From: Leucoraja erinacea
Taxonomy: Eukaryota
NCBI RefSeq assembly: GCF_028641065.1
Contig: NC_073384.1
Location: 13,392,001 to 13,456,000 of the forward strand
DNA length: 64,000 bases
Direction of reading: 5' to 3'
The notes beneath the pieces are model-generated. The model searched no databases, had not been told where the DNA came from, and worked only from the letters and a program-made list of their open reading frames with translations. A program made the position numbers and the translations under genes. This document shows positions 37,265 through 51,714 of this stretch, in pieces; position 1 is the first letter of the stretch; every line of letters begins with the position of its first letter.

Positions 37265-37470
37265 TGTGCAGGAGAGAACTGCAGATGCTGGTTTAAACCG
37301 AAGATAGACACAGGATGCTGGAGTAACTCAGCGGCACGGGCAGCGTCTCATGGGGGGACGTTTAGGGTCGGTTTATGAAGAAGGGTCTCGACCCGAAACG
37401 GCTCCCATTCCCTCTCTCCAGAGACGCTCTCCTGTCTCGCTGAGTCCCTCCAGCATTTTGTGTCTATGTC
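37265..37470. mobile_element. Foldback PLE-derived short element at the start of URB2 intron 1
   Basis: Inverted arms; TGAAGAAGGGTCTCGACCCGAAAC at 37376-37399. Confidence 0.7.
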
Positions 37471-38339
37471 AAAGATCATAAGTGATCCGAGCAGAATTGG
37501 GCCACTCGACCCATCAAGCCTATTCAATAATGCTTTTCATTCAATCAATTCAATCTCTCCCTCTTTTAACCCAGTTCTCCTGCCTTCTCCTCATAATCCC
37601 TGACACCTGTACTAATGAAGAATCTATCTATCTCTGCCTTAAAAATATCCACTGACTTGGCCTCCACAGCCATCTGTCAATTTCTAAATCCAAATGTTAT
37701 TAGTTATTTATGTTATGACATCGGTTGGAAGCTGCATACCAAATCTCGTTGCGCTTATGTGCAATGACAATAAAATATATGATTATTATTATTATTATTA
37801 TTTGCACGTCTTTAGGATGGGAGAGGGAACATCTGGTGGAACGAGCTCACAGAGAGAACATGCTAACTCCACACAGACTGCACTGGATTAAACCTGTGTC
37901 TCTTAAGCTGATAAGCAAGGCACATTCATTGTGTTGGTGAAACGTTTCACATTTGCTCCAGGGCACATAACAAAAAAAATCAATGAAGGGTCTCACCCCG
38001 AAACGTCACCCATTCCTTCTCTCCAGCGATGCTGCCTGTCCCGCTGAGTTACTCCAGCATCTTGTGTCTATCTTCAGAAGGAACAGGAAGTTCTTGGTCG
38101 GGTAGGTGAATGGGTAGTGTGGCTGGCAGTGCTATATTACCCATCTACCTAGTCCCATCAAGTATCACTGTTTTCAATAGGCTTGAAAGCAACATCTGAA
38201 ACATGATAACTTTGACAATGCTGTAGTAGTTCCTCAGCACTGAGACTCAAAACGAAGAGTGGTACCATTGCTAGGTTTCACAAGGTAGTAGGGTGAGTCG
38301 CCAGCAAAGCTCCTTGCTGGTTTAGACTGTTAATTCTAA

Positions 38340-38576
<237 letters not shown>

Positions 38577-38896
38577 TAACATTGGGATGAACTTTCCAAG
38601 GTAAATTGCACTTGGATGAAAGTGAAACATGGAAGCAGAATGAAAGTGTTGGCTTAGCCAGTCGTTGGGATACAGTGCAAAATGGGTGGGTTTTGACCTC
38701 AACCTTAATCTCTTGTCAGACTGAGCCTACACCTTTATCATTGACCTGCTAGACCTGTCAGTATATTTGGTGGGGCAGGACTATACTTTCCATCTTGCCT
38801 CTGGTGTAGAAGCAATAATGGGGGTTGGGAAGCAGTGCACCAGTCCAGGGAAATTAAAGTGCAAAATTAAATCTAACACCATTAACAACAATTGAG

Positions 38897-39210
38897 GGGC
38901 GGCATATTTGGCGCAGTGGTAGAGTTGCTGCTTTACAGCGCCAGAGACCCGTGTTCGATCCTGACTACGGGTGCTGTGTGTGCAGAGTTGGGAAGTTCTC
39001 TCGGTGACCACGTGGGTTTTTTTCCAGGTGCTCCGGTTTCCTCCTACGCTACAAAGCCATACAAGTTTGTAGGTTAATTGGCTTTGGTAAAAATTGTAAA
39101 TTGTCCCTATTGTGTAAGGTAGTGACAGTGTACAGGATCGTCGGTCAGCGTGGTGGGCCGAAGACCCTGTTTCCGCACTGTATCTCTAAAGTCTAAAGTA
39201 AAGTCTAAAC
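38897..39210 (+). mobile_element. HE1/V-SINE-like SINE
   Basis: Full-length copy. Confidence 0.8.
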
Positions 39211-39361
39211 AAAATACTATGAGCCTTGTGTTCCATGCATATCAAATGCTCTACTGTACATCCTGTCATACCTCACATGCCCTTTGGCTCACCTGAATCG
39301 GCTTGTATGCAAGAGTAAGAATTTGTCATTGTGATCTCTCTTTCTCTCTTGCAATATGAAG

Positions 39362-39538
39362 GTTTTACTCGATTGGGTGAGTCACGCATTAACTGGATAT
39401 TACAGCAAGAAGCTTCAGTTCGGAGGTGAAATTGTGGAAGGACTGTGGTCCTATCTGAACGATGTTCTTCACAGCAAAAAGATGCAGAAACTGATGGAGA
39501 AAGGGAAGATCATCACCATTCGCTTCACAATTGCGCAG
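39362..39538 (+). CDS. URB2: URB2 coding exon 2
   Basis: VLLDWVSHAL...LHSKKMQKL; AAG acceptor, CAG|GTGAAG; 177 nt. Confidence 0.9.
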
Positions 39539-40340
39539 GTGAAGTGGTTCAGATCCTTGCTTGCACCCCGGTGACAGAAACACATTGCTGTCGGTATTCA
39601 TTTCTATCTTGGCAGGAGTTGATTAATTGCTGACTGTGGAGCTAGAAGGATCGTGTTTTGATGATGTGCTTTTCAAACTCAAAGTGTCCCAAAGAATTTT
39701 GCTGCAATTTGTGGGCAGTTGTAACATAAATATGGAAGCCAATTTCCTCCCTGGCAGATTCCACAAATGTGATGATGATTAGATAATAATTTTCACTAAT
39801 GTTGGTTGAGTGATCAATATTGATAGAAGAGAGTTTCATTCTTGTTCTTTACAATGGTGGGATCTTTTCTCTCTAGGAGGGGGGGCTAAAAGTGAGGTCC
39901 TCTGTGTACAGTTCCTTCTCAGTACGCCAGAGGGAAATTCAGCCTGGATTATGTGCTCTGGTCCCTGGAGATGGGTATGATCTCATCAGAGTGATGTTAG
40001 GAAGTTGGGATAAGGCTCATGTGAAACATAAATGCTCACATAGACTTAATGGGTCAAATGCTTTTTTTTGTGCTGTATTGAATTCTTAACTATACTTACA
40101 AAAGAATAAAGACCTGAATTTACATAGCACCTTCTAATGTTTAAAAATTCACAACCCAATTCACAATGTCAAACAAAATTTGCCTCGTAAGGAGAGATAA
40201 TAATGAGAGATTTGGTCAAAGTGATAAGCTTTAACTAGGGACTTGCAGAAGACAGTGAGAAGGAGAACATTGGGTGTTTCATTAACAGTTTTGGAATTTG
40301 CGAAATATATCATCAGTGTTTTTTAAAACCTTTGTTTTAG

Positions 40341-43300
40341 ATCATAAACGAGAGGATCTCTGCATGTTCCAGTGAGGTGCCCCACAAGGTTGATGTGTCA
40401 AGCCTGCCCATGGTATTGAGCTGCTGTCAGGGAATCCTCGCCTCTCCTCCTTTCTCCATCATCTACACTAGCAAGAGCGAGCTGCTGGTTGACCTACTCC
40501 ACAAACTCTGTTCGCTGGCCTGCAGGAGGTTGAAATCGTCGGAGGCCTTGCACTCCACACAGCTCTTTGATGTTCTCTTGTTGGTGTTCAGTCAGTACCT
40601 CGTTACGCAAAGGCAGCAGAGTAACCAATCCCGGATATTTCAACAGGTCTGCAGTTCCCTCCTTCAGCCTTTTCTCCTCCTGCGACATCTGCTGTCCTCG
40701 AGGTGCTGGGTGGATGAAGATGAGGTGTCAGTGAGGCAGCACCTTAGCAGGGAGATCAATAGTAAAATTCAGGTGGCACTTCAGACTGGCCTGTTCCATG
40801 TTGACTTGCTGAACTCATACAGAGAAGAGCTCTTGCAGAGTAATGACTCTCAAGGAAAAAAGCCGAGCTTCTCCAAGGGTTTGGCGGAACCCACCGAAAC
40901 AATACTCCTGAAGCTGGCCGATGCTGCCTTCTTCAGCTCCAATCTGCACTCCGCCATCGTGTCCAGCTCAGTCCCGATGCTTTACAGGCTTGCCGTCGAG
41001 TCCTACTGCAAGGACGAGAATCAGCTTCTCTGCTTCCACATCTTTGTCAGGTTCCTCGACTGCCTGCGGTTCCCGAAGGAAAAGAGCGGCGGGGATGGAG
41101 CGTCTGTGGAATGGAGCCACTGGCTGCTGGCCCTGGATCAGCTTCTGAACTTGGTCTTCAGCAGCAACATCTACAACGTCTCGGTGGACAAGATCCGGTG
41201 CGAGGGGATACAGTTCGCCCGTTACAGCGGGGTGGCGGAGATGCTGCTGACCTACCCCTGCCCGGGCACGGCTGCCTGGTTCAGGTGCCTGAGGACCCTG
41301 ATCCTGCTGAACCACTCCATCGTGGAGCCGAGCCTGGATGAGCTGGTCTCGCTGGCGTGGGTGGACGCTGAGGTCGGGGACCCCAGGGTTAGAAGAGCCC
41401 AGGAAGCACTGCTGAGCACCCTGCTAGAGACCTACACCAAGCTGAGGCAGCTGCCCAAGCTGTTCAAGGAGCTGCAGGGCATCATCTGCCGCCCTGCCGC
41501 CGATGAGTTGAGGCAGCCCATCCTCTCCATTGGCCTCACCGGGAAGTTGCGGCAGTGCCTCCTGGAAGTCACCAGCAGTCAGATCGTGGACATTTGGGAC
41601 CTGGTCTTGGAGAGCTTGGAGATGCAGATTGACGATCTGGCGGGGAGCTCTGACGCGGCACTGAAAGTTCTCACCATGAGCATCTTGTTGCACGCTATCC
41701 TCTTCAACATGAAGACCCTCGACGACAAAGCGCCGGTGCCAGTAATCCGGAAAACCCAGGTGCTGATGGAGAAGATGGCTCGAGCGGTGGTGGTGCCGCT
41801 CCTCCAAGTGGGTGCGGGCGTGGACATGGGCACTTCCCCGTGGGCTGTGCGTGCCAGGAGCGCCGGGCTGATCCTCAGCAATGCCTGGGTGGAGGTGGAC
41901 CACATGCTGCGGCTCAACTGCGGCAAGTACGTCTCACCCGCCGGCCAGGCTGGCAGAGCGGGGACAGACTCCTGGAACCACAGCTGCCTCCTACCATGGG
42001 TGGGACTGGCAGAGTGGAAAGCAATGGCCCAGGCACCGCTGCCAGACGGCGAGTTGAGCCGGCACTTTCTCCAGCTGCTTTCCCTGCAGAAGATGAAACG
42101 GATTTTGATGGAGCCCGGGGATAAGACAGAGACGGACCTCCCGTCCCTGAGGGCCGCTGCTGCCTCTGTCGTCTCCTCTGGCAGAGCCGCCGTCGGTAGT
42201 ATCGGTGCCCGAGGGTGGGATGGAGAGCTCAGCACGCTGAATGGTGAGACCTACGGTGTGGCGCACTGGCACCTGCTCACCACCAACCTACCCCTCCTGG
42301 TCCCCTTTCTCCTGCGGGAAGAGGTTACGTACCTAGCTGAGGTGGTGATCACCTCCCTGTTGCAGAAGGGCACTGGGGAGGTGGGGCAGGACGAAGGAAG
42401 TTTGCTCTCCATTCCCGCCATGTGCCAGAGCCTGTTTTCCAGCGAGCTTCTCCCTGAAATCCAGCCTCTGCACCATGCAATTTTACTCGGTCTGACCCAG
42501 AGGGTGAGAGGTCTGACAGCTGCCCCCAGAGCTGAGTTGCCCACGGGGTTACAGCTGGCGAGAAGTAACCCGGATGAGGAGCACGGAGGCTGCAGCAACT
42601 GGGGACTGCTGTTCTCTCCTCAAGACTCTTCACTCCTCGATGCTCAGAGCATGTTCTCATCAGTAAAAGTCTCCCCCCTTCTCACTTTGCCAGAGGAGCG
42701 GTTGAATCTACTCTCACAAATTTTGGACCTGCTGTCTACTCTGCGGCTGGACTGCCTGTCCAACGCTGATCATCTCCAGTGCTTTCTTTTGCTGGTGTCC
42801 CTGATCACCACCCTCAAACCCAGCTGTGAAAAGTCTAACATCTCCAAGTACCTGCAAGTCCTGGATAAATGCTACTTCCTCCTCACTGTCCTGCTGACGG
42901 GTGCCAATGAGAAGGCAGTCTTCAGGTTGGCGCATGCCGGAAACATTCTGGAGAAGGTCCTAGCTCCATTGTTCCTGATCAGCAGCGAGTTGTCCCCTTC
43001 TCTGGAAGGCCCAGCCTGGTCAGAACTTCTCCACACTCTCCAATGCTTTCTCAGCAGCTTTATCCAGAAGATCGTGGAAAGGAAGCAAAGCATGTGCCTG
43101 AACCTGGAGCAGATCATCACTTTCCTCTCAAACTCCTGGGAAAAAGCAATGGCCAAAGAGGAACGCAAGATCGTGGCTGAGCAGCTGCTCGTGGTTGCCT
43201 TGTTGACCTTGAGTTGTGTTGTCCGCACTGCCCTGCAGCAGACTGAAAAGAGCAGGCACAAGAGCAGAGCCCTGCCACCTCTCCTGACCCAGCTCACCAG

Positions 43301-43656
43301 GCTCTTGGGCTCTGTTCTCCAGTCACATTTCGACAGAGGTGGATTAGATCAGTCTTTCAGTGTGCCTTGTGTCACTGCCCTTCTGGAGGCAGAGCTGTGC
43401 CCAAGAGAGGAGCAGAGCGATGGGACCAGGGAGGAAAGGATCCCAGACAAGGAGGGCCTGAAGCACAGTGACTTGTACCAAAGCATCTGTTCCCAGGTTC
43501 TGCATCACCTCGCCACCTCCGCTCATGATCTGGAACCACTTCAGAAACAACTTGAGTTTTTACAAGTGTTCTGTTCATCCTCTGAACTGTGCTCCGACCG
43601 CAATGTCAAGACGGGAATCCCCTCCATACTCGGCGCTGTAAAGACCATGCTCGCAG
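40341..43656 (+). CDS. URB2: URB2 coding exon 3 (3316 nt)
   Basis: Open frame of about 1105 codons starting IINERI; TTGTTTTAG acceptor, CAG|GTAAAA donor. Confidence 0.93.
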
Positions 43657-43669
43657 GTAAAAGAACATG

Positions 43670-44390
43670 CAGCAGATAGGCAGGCCTTCGGCCCATAATA
43701 TTTGCTGGACATATGCCAAGACAAACTCATAGCTGCATGCACATTATCTATTCCCTGATTTCCATGTACCTGTCCAATAGCTTATTCGATGCACTATTGT
43801 ATGCCTCCACCACCATTCCTGGCAATAAATTTCATTATTCACTACCCTCTGTTTTAAAAAAAATGTGCGCTGCACATCTCCTTTAAGCTTTGCCCCACTC
43901 ATCTTAAAGTTATGCCTTCTAGTATCTGATATTTCCATCCTGGGAAAAAATTCTAACTGTCTATGCGGGAGGCAGCAGCTCCGTTAGTTTTAATTATAAC
44001 CAATCTACAGGCCAGTTTGCAAACAGTTCTAAGACTGACATGCAGGCGATGATACCTCTTCTGTTAAATCCAATCTCTTAGCCTTTACCAGTGATATCAA
44101 AAATCTCCAGAATTCCAGAGAAAACAATCCAAGTCTGTATAATCTCTCCCTGTAACTAATGCCCTCTAATCCAGGTGGCATTCAGGTAAACCTCTTCTAC
44201 ACTCTTATCAAAACCTTCAAATCCTTTCCGTAATGGGGCGACCAGAAATGCATGCAATACTACAAATGTGGCCTAACCGAAATCCTATAAGGCTGCATCG
44301 TGACTTCCTGACCCTTATAATCTATGCCCTGACCAATTAAGGCTATATCATACATCTTTACCACTCTTGTCGACCTGTGCTGCCATTTTC
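43670..44390 (-). mobile_element. Decayed CR1 fragment containing a captured 142-bp local sequence
   Basis: CR1 motifs on both sides of 43963-44104. Confidence 0.7.
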
Positions 44391-44490
44391 TTGTCCAAAT
44401 AAATTCAGTCCTCATTATCTGTTGTCTTGCTATCTTTGCATATGCAACATCGATCCCAGACACCATCTTAAATTTATTTGCATATATATA

Positions 44491-46047
44491 CCGTGCCCTC
44501 CATAATGTTTGGGACAAAGACCCATCATTTATTTATTTGCCTCTGTAATAGAAAAAAAATCACATGTGGTTAAAGTGCACATGGTCAGATTTTAATAAAG
44601 GCCATTTTTATACATTTTGGTTTCACCATGTAGAAATTACAGCCGTGTTTATACATAGTCCCCCCATTTTAGGGCACAGTTTTGAGACACAGCAATGTCA
44701 TGTAAATGAAAGTAGTCATGTTTAGTATTTTGTTGCATATCCTTCGCATGTAATGACCACTTGAATTCTGCGATTTATGGACATCACCAGTTGCTGGGTT
44801 TCTTCCCTGGTGATGCCTGTATTGTAGCCATCTTTAGTTTATGCTACTTACCAGGAGAGCTGTGATAATCCTGGATAGCCCCCTTCAGTTTTCACTTGAG
44901 CATATAAAAGGCATGCTCAATTGGGTTCAGATCAGGTGATTGACTTGGACACTCAAGAATTTACCATTTTTTTAGCTTTGAAAAACTCATTTGTTACTTT
45001 AGCAGTATGTTTGGGATCATTGTCTTGCTGTAGAATGAACCGCCGGCCAATGAGTTTTGAGGCATTTGTTTGAACTTGAGCAGATAGGATGTGTCTATAC
45101 ACTTCAGATTTCATTATGCTACTACCATCAGCAGTTGCATCATCAATGATGATAAGTGAGCCAGTACCTTCAGCAGCCATACATGCCCAGGCCATAACAC
45201 CCCCACCACCGAGTTTCACAGATGAGGTGGTATGCTTTGGATCTTGGGCAGTTCCTTCTCTCCTCCATACTTTACTCTTGCCATCACTCTGATATAAGTT
45301 AATTTTCATCTCATCTGTCCACAAGACCATTTTCCAGAACTGTGGCTGCTCTTTTAAGTACTTCTTGGCAAACTGTAACCTGGCCATCCTATTTTTGCAG
45401 CTAACCAGTGGTTTGCATCGTGTAGTGTAGCCTCTTATTTCTGTTCATGAAGTCTTCTGCGGACAGTAGTCATTGACAAATCCAAGTCAAGTCAAGAGAG
45501 TTTATTATCATGTGCACCAGATTTCATTTCACTTGCACTTGTGTGCAATGTGACAAATAAACCGTATTGTATTGTAGGACAATGAAATTCTTGCTTGCTG
45601 CAGCTCAACAGAATGTTGTAAGAATAAATACAGAACAGCTCAGTGTGTCTATATAACATCGACCACACATATACACTTAAATAAACAGATAAAGTACAAT
45701 AGGCTATTACAGTTCAGAGTCTGTTTGTCGGCGAGTTTAATAGCCTGATGGCTGTGGGAAAGAAGCTGTTCCTGAGCCTAGATGTTATAGATTTCAGGGT
45801 CCTGTACCTTCTACCCGATGGTAGCGGAGAGATGAGTGCGTGGCCAGGGTGGTGTGGGACTATATATAAACACAGCTGTAATTTCTACATGGTGAAACCA
45901 AAATGTATAAAAATAGCCTTTAATAAAATCTGACAATGTGCACTTTAACCACATGTGATTTTTTTCTATTACAAATCTCAAATTGTGAAGTACAGGGGCA
46001 AATAAATAAATGATGGGTCTTTGTTCCAAACATTATGGAGGGCACTG
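44491..46047 (-). mobile_element. Tc1/mariner DNA transposon, defective; DDE transposase remnant at 44953-45387
   Basis: TA-flanked long TIRs (C[A/C]GTGCCCTCCATAATG...); VLWTDE, GGGGVMAW and FILQQDNDPKHT motifs; unrelated repeats at ~45483-45858 replace the transposase N-terminus. Confidence 0.92.
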
Positions 46048-46627
46048 TACCTATATACATGTACACTCAGGAACCAATCATTCTCTGCATAAATATTGTG
46101 ATTAGTTTTCGGGCCTCCTGATTCAAGTATCTCCCTGCCGTACACTCGGAGAGTGTCTTAATTTCCGCAAGTAATGCCTAGCACTTTCAAAAACCATCTC
46201 TGTTTCTAATCATTGCATTTAATACAAATAGTTTATTAGCTAATATCATTTAATCCATCAGTGCAAAGAGGTTTGTTTTAATCTATTTTCATTTTGTTTC
46301 ACCCTGAGCCGAAATCCTGACTTAATTGTCCATTGCTACATATTCTATATCTGTGGGGAATGGGTGTATGGATTTTCTATTAAGATCTTCTCTGCTGAAT
46401 CCAATGCACACCTCAATAATAGTTCTTTAAAAAATTCACATACTCGTTAGACTAAGAGCTTTCCCGACACCTTAAAGAGATGTAAAAGGAAGGTGGAGAG
46501 GTTTAGGGGACATTTCCAGAATTTGGGCCCAGGGTGGGGTGAAAATCACGAGAGGCATATTACAGTGCACCAACTGATGAAGGCCATTGGAACAGACTCT
46601 ACTCTGATGCGGAGCGGAATTTTCTGT

Positions 46628-47050
46628 AATAGGTTGAGCAGGCTGGGACTCTATTCCCTGGAGCGCAGGAGGATGAGGGGTGATCTTATAGAGTTGTATA
46701 AAATTATGAGAGGAATATATCGGGTGGATGCACAGAGTCTCTTGCCCAAAGTGAGGGAATCGAAAATCAGAGGACATAGATTTAAGATGAAGGGGGAAAG
46801 ATTTTATAGGAATCTGGGGGGTAACTTTTCCAGGTAAAAGGTGGTGGGTGTATGAACAAGCTGCCAGAGGATGTAGTTGAGCCAGGTACTATGTCAATGT
46901 TTAAGAAGCTATTGGACAGGTACATGCGTAGGACATATTTAGAGAGATATGGGCCAAACGCAGACAAGTAGGACTAGTGTAGATGGGACATGTTAGTCGG
47001 TGTGGGCAAGTTGGGCCAAAGGGCCTGTTTCCACACTGTATGATTCTATC
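46628..47050 (+). mobile_element. CR1 LINE 3' fragment
   Basis: RLSRLGLYSLERRRMRGDLIELYKI. Confidence 0.85.
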
Positions 47051-47221
47051 TTCTGATTTGGAGACAACTGGTCCCAGCTGGTACCTAATCTAGATGTAAT
47101 GTAACCCTGTAGATCAGTCCTTTGTGATGCTCCATTCTTTGGTACCATAAGGTTTGTCCAACGTTGCTATGTGTTCCTAAACCATTGTTCACTTGACAAT
47201 AGTTGTGCTGTGCTCTTTAAG

Positions 47222-47382
47222 CTCCCTGGATGACATCACCGTTCGTTCGGTCGCTGGATTCTCAGCTCATTGGGCTGCTCACCTGCATGTCCGAAAGATG
47301 CACGGACCACCAGTTTTACCTCCTCGTCAAGTCCATCACACAAGGCATTGAGGTGGTCAACCTATGGAAAGGACGGCACCCT
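47222..47382 (+). CDS. URB2: URB2 coding exon 4
   Basis: Not in the ORF track; reads (A)PWMTSPFVRSLDSQLIGLL...QGIEVVNLWKGRHP; TTAAG acceptor, GTGAGT donor; 161 nt fits phases 1 to 0. Confidence 0.8.
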
Positions 47383-47472
47383 GTGAGTAGACCTCTGGCC
47401 TGAAGCCCAAACAACACTGTTGCGATTAATCTGGTTCTCATTGTTGCTAAAACTGTTCTCATTTTGATTCAG

Positions 47473-47583
47473 GATGTCGTGTCCTCTCTCATCCTCACCA
47501 CTACCCTTTTGAAATGTTCGTCACGGGAAAACGCAGAAAAGACTCTGTGGTTTGCAGTCCCTCAGATTATCACAGCTCTCCTG
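47473..47583 (+). CDS. URB2: URB2 coding exon 5
   Basis: DVVSSLILTTTLLKC...WFAVPQIITALL; TTCAG acceptor, GTAAGT donor; 111 nt. Confidence 0.88.
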
Positions 47584-48181
47584 GTAAGTAGCATAAGTAC
47601 CGGTATATATCAGCTCCTCAATCCTGCCTCACCATTCACTAAGATTATAGTTAATCTGCCCCAGCCGTTTATCTCCAGTGCCAAATTCCCAAACGCCTCT
47701 TCCAAAGTATTTATCTAGTTTCTCCTTAAACATCCCTGCTGATCTCTCGTCCACAGCCCTCGTGTGAGAAAATTCTAGAGAGCCACCACTGTCTAGGTTC
47801 CCACGCATATCATGTTAAAAAAACTGACCCAGTGTCGCTGTCAGGACAAAGGGCATTTATGGCAATGTTAAGGCTACATTTTGAACAACTTTGGACTTGA
47901 ATCACACAAATGGCACTGGAAACGTGGTGACTCTTGTGTACTGTCTTAGTGCAATCTACTATTCATACACTCTTGTGCTTAAGTATGATTGTGCTTGTGT
48001 ATAGCAAAGATTTTTTACACTTTACTAGGTAGTGTGACAAGTGTGCCATTGGACAGTTGGGAAACATCCTAACTTCTACTCTATCATGGTCCCTCTGGCT
48101 CTTCGTCAACATACCCCATTGGTGCACTAGCCGGTGGCAGAAGCAATCACTGTAATCACCTTTTAATCATTGGCTTTTCAG

Positions 48182-48424
48182 GCTTTATGCAGGAAAACAG
48201 CCCTCGATGAACATTTGGGCTTCAAGATTACTTTGCTGAGTTTGGAAGCTTTGGCAGTTCTGATCCAGCAAGGGGAGGGTATGCTCTCAAATCCACACCA
48301 CGTGACACTTGCATTCGACGCACTCTTGTGCATTCCACTCGACCAGCTAAAACTAGATGAATATGCAGAAGTTTTTCAAGCTATCCACGAGGTGCTGTTT
48401 TCTATAATCCAGTCTCAGCCTAAG
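48182..48424 (+). CDS. URB2: URB2 coding exon 6 (Urb2 domain)
   Basis: QGEGMLSNPHHVTLAF...IHEVLFSIIQSQPK; TTTTCAG acceptor, GTAAAC donor; 243 nt. Confidence 0.92.
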
Positions 48425-50129
48425 GTAAACTCGCATCACTGAGCATTTCCTATTCTTCCTTGAGTTATCTGGGGATATTTTTTAAGGCAGAGATAGATTC
48501 TTGATTAGTACAGGTGTCAGAGGTTATGGGGAGAAGGCAGGAGAATGGGGTTAGGAGGGAGAGATAGATCAGCCATGATTGAATGGCAGAGTAGCCTTGA
48601 TGGGCCGAATGGCCTAATTCTATTCCTATTCCTTATGACCTTATCTTTGGGAGATGTACTCACTTACCTTTCTCAAATGCTTTTCTTAAATAAGTCCGGG
48701 TGTTGAAACTGGGGGCAATAGACCAACACCAATTCTCTTGCACTCCAGCAGTAATTTCTTGCCCACTCCTGCCTTACAGTGATCAGACAGTCACTTGGCC
48801 GGTTTGCAATTTGATTTGGGACTGCTCTGCTTTTGTATCAGAGCCTACCCTTCCCCAACCCAAACTCTGCAGATTGAAGCCCTGGTTTAGAATTTACAGA
48901 GACAGCGCGGAAACAGGCCCTTTAGCCCACCAAGTCCAAGCCGCCAACACTACATAGGGAGAACTTACAAACTCGGTACAGACATGACCCGCAGTCAGGA
49001 TTGAACCCGGGTCTCTGGCGATGTAAGGCAGCAACTCTACTGCTGAAGCACCGTGCTGCCCTGCAACAAAAGGCTGTTACTCTTTCTGAAGTGCTGATTG
49101 ATAGTGGTGGTTATTACTCTTAGCTCGGCTAGAGGAGGCCTCAATTGGAGAACAGGCTGAGGACATGAACCAACTGGAGAGATCAGATGGCCTCTCTTTG
49201 TTCTGACTCACAGGGCAGCAGAGTGGGTCTTTTGACATTTTTGATATCACTGGTAAAGGCTAAGAGATTGGATTTTACAGAAGAGGTATCATCACCTGCA
49301 TGTCAGTCTTAGAACTGTTTGCAAACTGGCCTGTGGATTGGTTATAATTAAAACTAATGGAGCTGCTGCCTCCCGCATCCTGAACTCTGGTGCTGTCTGC
49401 TAAAAGTTTGCAAGTTCTCCTTTTCCATCACAATCGTGAAGCGTGGAGGGTTAATTGGCTTTTGTAAATTACCACTAGTGAGTAGATGAACATTGAATGA
49501 GAGCTGTTGGTAATGTGGGGATTTAAAAAAAAAAACAGATTGGTGTCAATGGGTAGCTTATTTTAGAGATACAACATTTGAAACAGGCCCTTTGACCTGC
49601 AGTGTCCATGTCCACCAACAATCACCCAGACATTAGTTCTATCCTAAACACTGGGGGCAATTTACCAATGCCAATTAACCTACAAACATGCACGTCTTTG
49701 GAATGTGGGAGGAAACCGGAGCACCTGGAGAAAACCTACGAGGTCATGGCGGGAACCTACAAACTCCACAGACAGCATCCATAGTCGGGGTCGAACCCGG
49801 GTCTCTATCGCTGCGCCACTGTGCTGTTCCACTTGATAGTTTGCAAGGACTTGATGGGCTGAAGGATCTGTTTCCATGCTGTATGATTCTATAACTGAAA
49901 TGTCTGGGAGGAATCCACTGATTGTCAGCCTGCCAATCTTAGAAACAACATCAAGTTGGGGATGGAATGAATTCTATACTGAAAGGACTGTAGAATGATG
50001 AAAAGGGAAAATATTTTTATGAATGTGAATATTTTTTAGAAGCCGTGCAATTCTATCTTGACTTGTTTCTTGGTGTTCTCACTTAAGCATATTCACAGCT
50101 GCTTTTTGTTTAATACACTTTGGCAACAG

Positions 50130-50226
50130 GTTTTGTTCAACGCAGCGCCCACCTTCCTCAAGTGTTTTAACCGTCTGGTCCTTTCTGTTGTGCATAAAGG
50201 TCGTCAAAAAGCTGCAGGAGAGAAAG
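50130..50226 (+). CDS. URB2: URB2 coding exon 7
   Basis: VLFNAAPTFLKCFNRLVLSVVHKGRQK; CAACAG acceptor, GTGAGT donor; 97 nt. Confidence 0.9.
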
Positions 50227-51373
50227 GTGAGTCAAGAGCAAATTCAGCCTGTAGATAAGATGGCATAATGGAGTGCGGCCTGACCCACAACTGCTGAACA
50301 GTGACGTGTATTTACCTTGTGCCACAGCCCAGTAGAGTTCCCACTCTTTAAATGTAGTTTTAAAATACGGCAACAACATCAATGATCAGCATTTTATGGA
50401 GTGAAATGTGCAAGAGCATTTTACAAGGTCATACTATCAGCTTTGGCACCCTTCCATGCAAGGAGATGCTGATCCAGAATCACAGTCAGAAAGGTCAACT
50501 TTTAATAAAGATCATCTTAAAAAAGGTGGTACTGAAAGCTGGAGTAACTCCGGGTCGGGCAGCATCTCTGGAGAAATGGAATAAGTGACATTTCGGGTCG
50601 AGAGGTTTACGGAAATAATTCCAGAAATTACAACCAAGGCAGCTGAAGGGAAGCCACCAATAGAGTGATAAACATCAGGGATACACGTGGCCAGAATTGA
50701 AGGAATGAAGAGATAGTGTATTTGTAGGACCAGATGATATACTGGAGATGGTGAGGATGTTTTGTGTTGGTGTTTCATGTTCAGAAACAATCCTGACAAA
50801 AAGATGTTTAAACCCTGGTAAATTTATTCCCCTATAAACTATTTTTGACTGTTGATTTCAACAAGCTGCCTTCTGTTTGGTTGGGGAAGTGGACTGTGAG
50901 ATAGCTTTAAGCGGCCTTGGTCCAATTCTTTGACTTAAGGGCCAAACACAAAGATAGTACTGTACTGAACTCTGAACTGCACTAGCAACTGGTTTAGTTT
51001 ATTGTCACGTGAATGAAAATGTTTTTATTGCGTGCAAACGTGTCCTGCGGTTAAGAGAAGCCGCTTTATTTGAGAACGCCTGGATTGAATAATTATTTCT
51101 CATCATCTACCAGAGTGTGAGTTCTCCATTGGTAAAAAATGTTCAATTATCACAGATATGCCAGGATTGTAGAATGATGGTACTGCTACATTGTGTGAGC
51201 ATCTGATAGCGCAGCGATGTGTTAATGCTTTATGCTGCTGTGCCCCCTAATATAGGATGTGTCCACGCAATGTTGTCAATATCATGACTCAGTTGTGAAT
51301 GGACAGTGGATGATATTTTTACAATGTTCTAATGAAGTACTACTATAAGTTAGGCAGCTGTGCACTTCAGTAA

Positions 51374-51688
<315 letters not shown>

Positions 51689-51714
51689 TAGTACTCCACA
51701 AAGTTTTATTTTTT

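Noticed and set aside
40494-43578. Many antisense and alternate-frame ORFs
   Set aside because: Shadows of the GC-rich URB2 large exon.
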